Assembly (NCBI GenBank): GCA_964570065.1
Contig: CAZMVZ010000006.1
Span: 1-57,685 of the forward strand
Direction of reading: 5' to 3'
Length of the DNA: 57,685 bases
Source of the DNA: an uncultured Candidatus Poseidoniales archaeon
GTDB taxonomy: Archaea > Thermoplasmatota > Poseidoniia > Poseidoniales > Thalassarchaeaceae
Position numbers and translations under genes: made by a program. Below are positions 38,326-47,448 of the stretch, piece by piece. Positions within the stretch are counted from its first letter, which is position 1. Each line of letters begins with the position of its first letter. Below the pieces are notes generated by a model, which made no database searches, was not told the DNA's origin, and saw nothing but the letters and a program-made list of their open reading frames with translations.

Positions 38326-39219
38326 ATGGCCAAAGGAGCATCAGCGAGAGCAGCAGCTCGTAGGCAGAAGGACAAGTGGAAGGCCAAGAGGTGGTTCTCT
38401 ATCAGGGCCCCTAGGAATCCATGGTCGTTCAAGGTGATCGGCGAGACAATTGCCGAGGAAGAAGAGATGCTACTGGGAAGACCGTTCGAGATCATGCAGA
38501 ATGAGTTGGATGGGGACTTCACGAAGATGCACGTCAAGATCAAGTTCCGAATCAAGGAAATTGTCGGAAACGACGCCATCACCGAGTTCGTTGGCCACGA
38601 TGTAATGAAGGACTTCGTCAGAAGGCAGATCAGGAGGGACAGAGGGAAAATAGACGATACCATTGATGTCGTCACCGAAGACGGCTTCTTTGTCAGGATT
38701 AAGCCGTTCATCGTTACAAGGTCAAGCGTCAAGGCTAGTCAGAAGCACGAGTCTCGGAGCGTAACCAGGAACGAGGTAGTCAAGTTCTGCGCCCAGTCTA
38801 CATGGATAAATGTCCAGAAGGCTCTCATGGATGGCTCCTTGGAGGAGACAGTCTCCAAGGCAATCTCCAAGATTCAACCAGTTAGGGCAGTTTTCTTCAG
38901 GCGCAGTCAGCTTATCCAGGACGGAGTTGTGGTGGACGACGGCCCCACTCTGGAGGAGATAAAGGCCGAGGAGAAGGTGGCAAAGGAGCAGGAAGATGCG
39001 ACTCTAGAGGAAGAGGACGTTGCCGATGAATCACCAAATGAGGCTGACTCTGGCGAGGAAGCCGTGGGTGATTCTGGTGATGAAGATCAAGATGCCGTGG
39101 AGTCCGACGATGCCGACTACGAGTCGATGACCGTGGCACAGCTAAAGGAACTGCTGAAGGAAGCGGGCAAGCCAGTCTCGGGGAAGAAGGCAGATCTGAT
39201 CTCAAGACTTTCGGAGTGA
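38326..39219 (+). CDS. rps3ae: 30S ribosomal protein S3Ae (eS1) with acidic linker and C-terminal SAP-like domain
   Basis: KDKWKAKRWFSIRAP, FVGHD..DFVRRQIRR, KIDD; tail YESMTVAQLKELLKEAGKPVSGKKADLISRL. Confidence 0.95.
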   Translation: MAKGASARAAARRQKDKWKAKRWFSIRAPRNPWSFKVIGETIAEEEEMLLGRPFEIMQNELDGDFTKMHVKIKFRIKEIVGNDAITEFVGHDVMKDFVRRQIRRDRGKIDDTIDVVTEDGFFVRIKPFIVTRSSVKASQKHESRSVTRNEVVKFCAQSTWINVQKALMDGSLEETVSKAISKIQPVRAVFFRRSQLIQDGVVVDDGPTLEEIKAEEKVAKEQEDATLEEEDVADESPNEADSGEEAVGDSGDEDQDAVESDDADYESMTVAQLKELLKEAGKPVSGKKADLISRLSE

Positions 39220-39223
39220 GGCG

Positions 39224-39982
39224 ATGCCCCGCATCGCGGTGATTTGTGGAACCGGGATGAGTGCATTCTCGAGCACTCTAGAAACTAAAAAATCAACTTC
39301 GGGCTCAATGCTTGCAGAGTCAAATTGGGGTGAAGTCCCCATCTCATCGGTGACTCTCGAACTGGGCCAGGTGTTCGTGATAGATAGGCACCACTCAAAT
39401 GACGAATCAAGAACTCCCCCTCATGCAATCGAGCATCGCGCGAACGTGCATGCAGCCTCCAGTTGCAAACCAGATCTAATCGTTAGCGTGAACTCCGTAG
39501 GGTCGATGATAGAGTCAATGCCACCAGGTGTCGTGGGAATTGCCAGTGACATCCTTGATCTATCTATCAAGCCATGGACATTTCACGATGACGATGCGAT
39601 ACACGCCGATCGGACTCGTCCATTCGATCAACGCTATTCTTCCGTTTGCGAGGCAGTGCTCAGAGAGAGGCAGGGCCCATCTCCAACAGGTTTAGTGGTG
39701 GCCCAATGTGTGGGTCCCCAGTTCGAGAGCCCATCTGAGATAGATGCACTACAGAGGCTCGGGGCTCACGTTGTGGGCATGACCCTTGGTCCTGAGCAGA
39801 GGCTAGTTTCAGAGACTGGGGTCGCCCATGTTTCCCTAGTGTGCTCTTCTAACTGGGCCGCGGGGAGGACTCCCGGGAAGCCGGATGCAGAGATCAATCA
39901 CGAGGCCGTGGACGCGATGGCCTCCCAAATGAGGGATTTGGTTTCCACTTGCATTACAACCCTCCTTGAAGACATCAACTAG
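39224..39982 (+). CDS. MTAP/purine nucleoside phosphorylase family
   Basis: IAVICGTG, RHH..PPHAI..RAN, NSVGS, GPQFESPSE, VVGMT..PE. Confidence 0.88.
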   Translation: MPRIAVICGTGMSAFSSTLETKKSTSGSMLAESNWGEVPISSVTLELGQVFVIDRHHSNDESRTPPHAIEHRANVHAASSCKPDLIVSVNSVGSMIESMPPGVVGIASDILDLSIKPWTFHDDDAIHADRTRPFDQRYSSVCEAVLRERQGPSPTGLVVAQCVGPQFESPSEIDALQRLGAHVVGMTLGPEQRLVSETGVAHVSLVCSSNWAAGRTPGKPDAEINHEAVDAMASQMRDLVSTCITTLLEDIN

Positions 39983-40021
39983 TGCAACTACCTTGATGGA
40001 GTCTCTAGTTCATCCATTGCC

Positions 40022-40417
40022 ATGGCGGGGAGGCTGAGTGTCGATGATTGGTTGCATGTGGAGTATGGTGAGGTGCCCGATGGGTCTTGGTCGACTATGA
40101 TGGCCAGAGTCGCTACTTTCCATCACAAGCACAAGTTCGCAGATGACGAGAACCATGGCCACGACATGGGATTTAGGATCGCCCTCACCGTGGAGGAGCT
40201 GGGGGAACTATCAGCAGCCATTACGAAGGGCAAGCCCGACGATGAGGCGGCCGAGGAGCTAGCTGACCTTCTGATTCTGATACTCGGGCACTCTCTCGCA
40301 ATGGAGGTCGATCTCGAGGCCGAATTCCACAAGAAGATGGATAAAGTCATGACTAGGAAGGCCAGGACAGGTAAGCTTGGAGTCCGAGTCACGGATTACA
40401 CGGACGAAGTCAAATGA
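40022..40417 (+). CDS. MazG-like nucleotide pyrophosphohydrolase
   Basis: EELGEL...EELADL. Confidence 0.85.
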   Translation: MAGRLSVDDWLHVEYGEVPDGSWSTMMARVATFHHKHKFADDENHGHDMGFRIALTVEELGELSAAITKGKPDDEAAEELADLLILILGHSLAMEVDLEAEFHKKMDKVMTRKARTGKLGVRVTDYTDEVK

Positions 40418-40594
40418 ACGACAATAAGTGTGCCAATCCACACTCATTATTGTAAAATATACTAGGTGAGTTTAGTTACACCGGCTTTTTGGAAAAAGTG
40501 CGTTTTTAGCCGTTTTTCGCAGGTCTGGCACCTTCTCTATTATATAGTCAAGGGAAACGAGACGGAGTCACTCGTTATACGAGGAGATGAAAAA

Positions 40595-41191
40595 ATGAAC
40601 GTAGATATGAATGCAATGAAAGCAGAATTAGGTGGCGCCTTTGTGCTATCGTGGATGGTGTTTGGAATGGGTCTGGGCACGTTAGAGGGAGCTGTCGCTC
40701 TCGCTGTCGTGTGGATGGCCTTCTCCGGCGCTCACGTGCTTCCCGTTGTTACCTGGAGTCACATGATGACAGGGGACATGGGAGACACAGAAGGCAACTG
40801 GATACCCAACGGGATGCGCTTAGTCGCGCAGGCAGTCGGTGCGTTGCTAGCCATACTATTGGCTACCGAATTCGGTGCAATAGAGACAGGCTGGGCAGCA
40901 ACTGACATGTGGATACCAGATATAGCAGACCACTTGTGGTCCGTTATTGGTATGATAGCCGCAGGTGCAGTTTGGTGGCAGGTCCACACAAGGTGCAACA
41001 GTGCTTGGGCCAGCGCATTCGGCCTAATGGTACTGGGCGGATCAATGACTCTGACCGGAGCCCACGAGATGGGCGCATCAATAGCCAGTACTGGTGACGG
41101 GATCGTCGACACGCTGGTGAACTGGGTCTGTGATGGCCTATTCGTTGGTCTAGGAGCCCTTGTTGGCGCTAAGATCGACGAAAATCTCTGA
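40595..41191 (+). CDS. divergent MIP/aquaporin-fold channel lacking NPA motifs
   Basis: AELGGAF, SGAHVLPVVT, AQAVGA; GAGGAG Shine-Dalgarno before ATG at 40595. Confidence 0.75.
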   Translation: MNVDMNAMKAELGGAFVLSWMVFGMGLGTLEGAVALAVVWMAFSGAHVLPVVTWSHMMTGDMGDTEGNWIPNGMRLVAQAVGALLAILLATEFGAIETGWAATDMWIPDIADHLWSVIGMIAAGAVWWQVHTRCNSAWASAFGLMVLGGSMTLTGAHEMGASIASTGDGIVDTLVNWVCDGLFVGLGALVGAKIDENL

Positions 41192-41223
41192 AACTGTTTA
41201 CCGTGAAGAGAAATTAACGCAAG

Positions 41224-41251
41224 CAGGACGGGGGGGAAACTCCCCGTCCTG
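41224..41251. terminator. GC-rich hairpin between convergent genes
   Basis: CAGGACGGGGGG-GAAA-CTCCCCGTCCTG: 12-bp stem with GNRA loop. Confidence 0.6.
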
Positions 41252-41277
41252 TACACGAACACCTCATTCAGGTTACT

Positions 41278-41841
41278 CTATGATTCACTTTCAAATGTGA
41301 AGAATTCTGATTGCATTGCAGCAACCTCATCTCTTGATTCAGCAATAGCGTATGCCTCTAGTGGCTCTCTGTTCAGATCTAGGAACTGCTGCCCAAATTG
41401 GAATGGCTCTAGAACCCTAGAGGCTTGATCGTCATGACCCAGTATTGCCAAGGTAGCAGCAATCGCCTCTACAGAGGACAACCTGCCGACTCTCCCCCAT
41501 GAAACTGGATTTGCAGCTAGTAATGCTGGTAATATCCTCCCTTCGAGACTAGTGCTTCCAGCGATTTCCTCCAAGGATTCATCGATCCTCTTCCATGAGC
41601 AGTCTAGAACAACAATCGCAGCCCCAATAGAAATGAGGCCACGATCCTCTGGTCCAAGTATAGTTGATGATGTTGGATCTAGTAGATACCCTCTCTTAGG
41701 TGCTCTTGCTATGGATTCGTGCAACTCTACAAGGCCATTCGCATGCATCTTCCTAGCAGTGCATTTGCGCGGGTCATCTTGGTCTAGATGAATCACATGG
41801 AGAGGGACTTCTTCCACGACCCTATCTCCTAGATCTTGCAC
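41278..41841 (-). CDS. tsr3: 16S rRNA aminocarboxypropyltransferase Tsr3 (DUF367)
   Basis: QDDPRKCT, LDCSW, LLAANPVSWG, LSSVEA, FLDLN. Confidence 0.93.
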   Translation of the reverse strand: MQDLGDRVVEEVPLHVIHLDQDDPRKCTARKMHANGLVELHESIARAPKRGYLLDPTSSTILGPEDRGLISIGAAIVVLDCSWKRIDESLEEIAGSTSLEGRILPALLAANPVSWGRVGRLSSVEAIAATLAILGHDDQASRVLEPFQFGQQFLDLNREPLEAYAIAESRDEVAAMQSEFFTFESES

Positions 41842-42403
41842 CAGATCGGGAGACTCCTAGCCTTCTGCCCTTCTTCTTCTGCTTCTTCTTCTTGGGCTCG
41901 GACTCAGACGAATTTTTCGCATCTGAGATGGTCATCTGCCTATCGGTCTCGGAAGCCACCATTGTATGGGCATGGGAAACCGACTCGATGAATAGTCCGA
42001 TTTCCAGTGCCTTCTCGAACTTGTTTAGAAGTGAGTCAGTCGGCCTTATTCCATTCTCTGCCTTCTGAATAACGCCAATCTTCTCATTCATCTGTTTGGC
42101 AAGGTCTTCCTGGGAAAGCCCCCTATGCTTCCTAGCATTGCGGATTCTCGAATGAAAGTCGTTTGCTAGCTCAAAATCATCCTTTGTCATGATGTCCACT
42201 CCGGAGACTCCTTTCCCCGAGACAGCGCTTTGGGGTTCTGCGATGGGGATGGCTGTTGGTACCCTTGCTGCCTCAACAATTAGTCCCATGGAGTCAATGC
42301 ATCTATTGCAGCACTCTAGCATCGAATTATACCCCACAGGTTTCGCAATCTTCGCCCTCTTTGTAGCGATACCCTCGGCCCCACAGAGCTCGCACGCACC
42401 CAT
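41822..42403 (-). CDS. mbf1: multiprotein bridging factor aMBF1
   Basis: CELCG..CNRC Zn ribbon plus HTH (IRNARKHRGLSQEDLA); divergent from pan; start reassigned. Confidence 0.88.
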   Translation of the reverse strand: MGACELCGAEGIATKRAKIAKPVGYNSMLECCNRCIDSMGLIVEAARVPTAIPIAEPQSAVSGKGVSGVDIMTKDDFELANDFHSRIRNARKHRGLSQEDLAKQMNEKIGVIQKAENGIRPTDSLLNKFEKALEIGLFIESVSHAHTMVASETDRQMTISDAKNSSESEPKKKKQKKKGRRLGVSRSGARSRR

Positions 42404-42472
42404 ACATTGCCGATACGATTGAGCATCATAGTCCTTCGCAGGGGTCATAAGTATCCGTTTAGTGTGAACAAC

Positions 42473-43705
42473 ATGGCCTCCGAGGCGGATGAGAAACCAA
42501 GTGGGAACGATGTCCTCGACAACAAAGAGCCTCACACAGGCGCTCTAGACAGACTATCGAAGGACTATCGGGAGCTTTCTGACAAGGCTCAGCAGCTATT
42601 GACAGAGAAGCTATTCCTAGAGAATGAACTCACACAGCTAAAGAAGCGATCGAATAGACTTGAAGAGGAGCTAAGCAACATCCGCACTCCACCGTTGATC
42701 ATCGGTTACATCCAGGATGTGGTCAACGAACAAGCAATTGTCCGGAGTTCCAATGGTACAGTCTTCCTAGTCTCAATCAATCGTCGGCTAGATAGTACAA
42801 AAATCAAACCGGGGACCAGAGTGGCGCTAAATCAGGATACTCTGTCTGTCGTGGAGATTCTTTCCGACTCTTGGGATCCATTAGTCAGCAATGCAGAGAT
42901 CATTGACTCGCCAGATGTACATTACTCTTCCATAGGCGGCCTGGAGAAACAAATAAGGGAGCTAAAGGAGGCCATCGAGCTACCTTTCGAGAATCCTGAG
43001 GCATTCTCTGATTTCGGGATCGATCCTCCAAAAGGAGTTCTACTAACAGGTCCCCCTGGGACTGGAAAAACAATGCTGGCTAAGGCTGTGGCAAGCTCCA
43101 CCAATGCCGCATTCCTTGGCCTAGTGGGAGCAGAATTAGCCCAGAAGTACATTGGGGAGGGAGGCAGAATGGTGAGGGAACTTTTCGAAATGGCAAGACA
43201 GAAGTCACCTGCAATCATCTTCATCGATGAAATCGACTCTATTGGTTCCAAGAGGCTAGACGTCGCTACTTCTGGTGATCGTGAGGTCCAGAGGACTCTG
43301 ATGCAACTTCTTTCCGAGTTAGATGGATTCGAGAGTCTGGATAATGTCAAGGTTATTGCAGCAACTAATCGTCCGGAACTGCTCGACGCTGCTCTTCTAC
43401 GTCCAGGTCGATTTGACAGAATTATTGAGATTCCTATTCCAGATTTGGATGCTAGGGAAGCTATCTACTCAGTGCATACAAGTTCAATGCCAAAGGCCAA
43501 GGACGTGGAAAACAGATCATTGGCTTCAATGTCAGAGGGATTCAGTGGAGCTGAGATTAAGTCTGCTGTCATTGAAGCCGGGATATCGGCAATATCTAGC
43601 GGCCGCAAGTCCGTAAAGAAATCCGATTTCATATGGGCGATTAAGAAGGTCGAGGATAACAGGAAGGGGTCCAACGAAACCAATTCCGAGGGAATCTACG
43701 GATAA
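42473..43705 (+). CDS. pan: proteasome-activating nucleotidase
   Basis: Coiled coil plus OB fold, GPPGTGKT, FIDEID, DREVQRT, LLRPGRFDR, HbYX tail IYG. Confidence 0.96.
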   Translation: MASEADEKPSGNDVLDNKEPHTGALDRLSKDYRELSDKAQQLLTEKLFLENELTQLKKRSNRLEEELSNIRTPPLIIGYIQDVVNEQAIVRSSNGTVFLVSINRRLDSTKIKPGTRVALNQDTLSVVEILSDSWDPLVSNAEIIDSPDVHYSSIGGLEKQIRELKEAIELPFENPEAFSDFGIDPPKGVLLTGPPGTGKTMLAKAVASSTNAAFLGLVGAELAQKYIGEGGRMVRELFEMARQKSPAIIFIDEIDSIGSKRLDVATSGDREVQRTLMQLLSELDGFESLDNVKVIAATNRPELLDAALLRPGRFDRIIEIPIPDLDAREAIYSVHTSSMPKAKDVENRSLASMSEGFSGAEIKSAVIEAGISAISSGRKSVKKSDFIWAIKKVEDNRKGSNETNSEGIYG

Positions 43706-43741
43706 GCAAAATATCTTGACGAGCAGTCACTTCCAACGTCT

Positions 43742-44779
43742 ATGCAGGGGACCCTAGTTGAGTGCGTTCCGAACTTTAGCGAAGGAAGGGATAAGCAACT
43801 AATTGGGCAAATTACTAGACCGATTAGGGAGGCAAATGGCGTCTCACTACTCGATGTTGACATGGGTCACGACTTCAACAGGACAGTAGTGACGATGGTA
43901 GGTGGACCAGAGGAAGTATTGGAAACTGTAATCGAATGTACCCGTATTGCCACCGAACTCATCGATATGAGGGAACATTTCGGGGAGCATGCTAGGATGG
44001 GCGCAGTGGATGTAGTCCCATTCATCCCTATCCAAGGGATCTCCATGGAAGATTGCGTTACACTCTCCGAGAGATACGCACATGCGGTATCAGAAGAGCT
44101 CGATTTACCTGTTTATCTCTATGCCGAAGCAGCAAGAACCCCACAGAGGTCCAGGCTTCCGGATATTCGTAGAGGTCAGTACGAGGGAATGGCCGAAAAG
44201 GTAATTTCTCCTGAGTGGAAACCTGATTACGGCCCATCAGAATTCAAGCCCAAGATGGGGGTAACTGCTACAGGAGCTAGGACGATACTAATTGCCTATA
44301 ACGTAAATCTAGATACCGATGACAAGTCAAAGGCTAACTCTATTGCGTCTAAGATTAGGACTAGTGGGTCACTAGTTAAGGACGAAAATGGTGAGAAGGT
44401 TATTGGAGACGATGGTAAGCCCCTCAGAAACCCCGGAATATTTCAGTCATTACAGGCAGCAGGATGGATGTACGACCCTTCCACGGCACAGGTATCGATG
44501 AATCTCCTTGATTACGACGTTACGGGGCTCCATGAAGTAACAGAAGCTATTCGCGTTGAGGCGAAAAAGATCGGACTGAATGTGACTGCGGGAGAATTGG
44601 TTGGACTGGTGCCATTGAGTGCAATGAAATCAGCTGGCAATTATTACAATAATGACAAGGGCGAAATTGATGAAAAAACAATTGTCGAAAAGGCGATTTC
44701 AGGACTGATGCTTGACAGGCTGAGAGACTTCGATCCACAATCATGCATCATCGAATGGGCTATTGCTAGGGGGTCTTAG
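43742..44779 (+). CDS. ftcD: glutamate formiminotransferase
   Basis: VECVPNFSEGRD, HFGEHARMGAVDVVPF, IRRGQYE, LIAYNVNL. Confidence 0.93.
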   Translation: MQGTLVECVPNFSEGRDKQLIGQITRPIREANGVSLLDVDMGHDFNRTVVTMVGGPEEVLETVIECTRIATELIDMREHFGEHARMGAVDVVPFIPIQGISMEDCVTLSERYAHAVSEELDLPVYLYAEAARTPQRSRLPDIRRGQYEGMAEKVISPEWKPDYGPSEFKPKMGVTATGARTILIAYNVNLDTDDKSKANSIASKIRTSGSLVKDENGEKVIGDDGKPLRNPGIFQSLQAAGWMYDPSTAQVSMNLLDYDVTGLHEVTEAIRVEAKKIGLNVTAGELVGLVPLSAMKSAGNYYNNDKGEIDEKTIVEKAISGLMLDRLRDFDPQSCIIEWAIARGS

Positions 44780-44781
44780 AA

Positions 44782-45402
44782 TTGAACGAAGGATACAATG
44801 AGGTTCTTCGCTCGATTGGTTCGTCTGACCCAACCCCGGGGGGAGGATCAGTCGCGGCCCTTTCTCTAGCCCATGCTCACTCACTTGCTATGATGGTCGC
44901 GAGACTCACAGAGGGAAAGAAAAAGTGGGCAGAAGGACATGAAGTGGCACAATATGTGATTTCCGAGTCCCAAGTAGGAATGGCGGAAGCGATGCGCCTA
45001 GCCGAGATAGACGCGGAAGCATTCGAATCAGTAATGGCTGCATATCGCCTTCCCAGAGACACCGAGGACCAGAAGACTGAGAGGACGAAATCAATTCGTG
45101 ATGCGACTATAGGAGCTGCCGAGGCCCCACTCGCTACAGCTTCCGGTGCAAGGAAGCTTCTGAGCAGCCTCGAGAAGTTGTGCGTCTCTTGTAATGCAAA
45201 TGCCCTAACTGATTTAGCCTCAGCATCGGAGCTTTCCCTTTCGGCAGTAAAAATGGCTGCAATGAACGTAAGAATAAATCTGGAATTCATCGAAGGGGAT
45301 GACGTCGACAGACTCGCTTCACAAATCAACAAAGTTGTACACAAATCAACTGCCTCAGCAGAGTCAATAACCCTGAAGGTGAACGAGAGGCTGGGTTGGT
45401 GA
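44782..45402 (+). CDS. formiminotetrahydrofolate cyclodeaminase
   Basis: PTPGGGSVAAL, DAEAFESVMAAYRLP, NVRINL. Confidence 0.9.
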   Translation: MNEGYNEVLRSIGSSDPTPGGGSVAALSLAHAHSLAMMVARLTEGKKKWAEGHEVAQYVISESQVGMAEAMRLAEIDAEAFESVMAAYRLPRDTEDQKTERTKSIRDATIGAAEAPLATASGARKLLSSLEKLCVSCNANALTDLASASELSLSAVKMAAMNVRINLEFIEGDDVDRLASQINKVVHKSTASAESITLKVNERLGW

Positions 45403-47417
45403 TGGGTCCCGACGATTTTTCCCACGGAGGGATCCCAGAAGAACTTCCACCGGTCAGAGAAATAGACAATTCAGTCCCTCACGCACCCAAAAGGCCCCAA
45501 GTACTAGACGAAAACGATCGTCGCCTCGCAATCGCGAATTCTCTGCGATACTTCCCTAAAGAATGGCATCATGTGTTAGCTCAGGAGTTTCTCGACGAAC
45601 TAGACCGGTTCGGCCACATATACATGCATAGGTTCAGGCCTAATTACGAAATGCACGCAAGACCGATTTCGGAATACCAATGCAATAGTAAGAAAGCAGC
45701 CTCGATCATGCTAATGATACAAAATAATCTCGATCCCAACGTTGCTCAGTATCCACATGAATTGATTACATATGGTGGAAATGGAGGAGTATTCCAGAAC
45801 TGGGCTCAGTATCTTATTACTATGGGTTATCTTAGCAAGATGGAAGAAGAACAGACACTGGTGATGTATTCTGGTCATCCACTGGGTTTGTTCCCTTCAA
45901 GCAAAGATTCTCCAATGGTCGTGGTCACAAACGGAATGGTGATTCCGAATTATTCTTCTCAGAATGACTACGAGAGAATGAACGCGTTGGGAGTATCACA
46001 GTATGGGCAGATGACTGCAGGTTCGTACATGTACATAGGACCCCAAGGAATAGTTCATGGGACAACAATTACCATATTGAATGCGGCACGAAAGTACCTA
46101 GGCAAATCATCGGAGAAGGGTCTTGGTGGGGTTCTGTATGTTACTTCTGGATTAGGGGGGATGTCGGGCGCCCAGGCCAAGGCTGCAGTAATTGCCGGTG
46201 CTGTTTGCATCATCGCTGAGATAGATCCAGTACCAGCACGAAAGAGGCACTCTCAGGGGTGGCTATCAGAGCTATACGAGGACTTGGATAAACTATGTAA
46301 TCGCGCTCAGCAGGCTGCCTCGAAAAAAGAAGCCGTCTCACTAGGATATCTGGGAAATGTAGTCGATTTGCTGGAGCATCTAGTTGTCAGAGGAATAACT
46401 CCCGAGCTAGCTAGTGATCAAACAAGCCTTCACAATCCATGGTTAGGTGGTTACATGCCTGTCGGCATGTCATTTGAAGAGGGCTTGTCTATGGTGGAGA
46501 TAGACCCAGATGGCTTCAAGAGTTCTGTCCAGACTTCTCTCAGGAGGCACGTAAATGCGATAAATTCCCTCGCCGAGAGGGGTACCCATTTTTGGGACTA
46601 TGGAAATGCTTTCCTTCTCGAATCTAGTCGGGCTGGGGCTGATGTCATTTCTGATGATGGATCGTTCAGATACCCATCATATGTCGAGGACATCATGGGT
46701 CCAATGTGCTTTGACTATGGGTTTGGCCCATTCCGGTGGGTTTGCACTTCGGGTAATGATAAAGATCTTCAAACAACCGATATGATAGCCAAACAAGTTC
46801 TAGAGATGCTCTCTACTGATTGCTCAGATGATATCCGAACACAGTACATGGATAACATAAAATGGATCTCAGAGGCTGAAAATCATGATCTAATAGTTGG
46901 TAGCAAAGCACGAATTTTGTACGCTGATGAAGTAGGAAGAAGAACCATTGCTAGCGAATTCAACAAGGCAATTTCCAGCGGCTTGGTATCCGCTCCAATC
47001 GTTTTGGGTCGAGATCATCATGACGTTGGAGGTACTGATAGCCCATTTAGAGAGACCGCGAACATTTACGACGGTTCGATGTTCACTGCCGACATGGCTG
47101 TTCATAATTTCGTGGGAGACTCATTCAGAGGTGCAACATGGATAAGCCTTCACAATGGCGGGGGAGTCGGATGGGGGGAAGTGATTAATGGCGGTTTTGG
47201 ACTTGTAATCGACGGCTCCGAAAAGGCGCAGAAAAATATCGACTCAATGATATCGTGGGATGTCAATAATGGGATTGCCCGTAGGTCTTGGGCCAGAAAT
47301 AGTGGGGCCATATCCGCTATCAATCGAGCTATGGATTCCGATCGTAGGCTAGTGGTAACAGTCCCCGAAATAGTCGATGAAAACGTCTTAAATGACATCT
47401 TTGATAACACTCGATGA
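45402..47417 (+). CDS. hutU: urocanate hydratase (long form)
   Basis: NNLDP..AQYPHELITYGG, YGQMTAGSYMYIGPQGIVHGT, GLGGMSGAQ, GRDHHD, HNGGGVG. Confidence 0.97.
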   Translation: MGPDDFSHGGIPEELPPVREIDNSVPHAPKRPQVLDENDRRLAIANSLRYFPKEWHHVLAQEFLDELDRFGHIYMHRFRPNYEMHARPISEYQCNSKKAASIMLMIQNNLDPNVAQYPHELITYGGNGGVFQNWAQYLITMGYLSKMEEEQTLVMYSGHPLGLFPSSKDSPMVVVTNGMVIPNYSSQNDYERMNALGVSQYGQMTAGSYMYIGPQGIVHGTTITILNAARKYLGKSSEKGLGGVLYVTSGLGGMSGAQAKAAVIAGAVCIIAEIDPVPARKRHSQGWLSELYEDLDKLCNRAQQAASKKEAVSLGYLGNVVDLLEHLVVRGITPELASDQTSLHNPWLGGYMPVGMSFEEGLSMVEIDPDGFKSSVQTSLRRHVNAINSLAERGTHFWDYGNAFLLESSRAGADVISDDGSFRYPSYVEDIMGPMCFDYGFGPFRWVCTSGNDKDLQTTDMIAKQVLEMLSTDCSDDIRTQYMDNIKWISEAENHDLIVGSKARILYADEVGRRTIASEFNKAISSGLVSAPIVLGRDHHDVGGTDSPFRETANIYDGSMFTADMAVHNFVGDSFRGATWISLHNGGGVGWGEVINGGFGLVIDGSEKAQKNIDSMISWDVNNGIARRSWARNSGAISAINRAMDSDRRLVVTVPEIVDENVLNDIFDNTR

Positions 47418-47448
47418 CTCTATTTGGCCGACTAGTCTCGCCAGTCTA

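Noticed and set aside
38196-38732. 322-aa ORF as a single long protein
   Set aside because: The upstream portion is the antisense shadow of rps3ae and its leader
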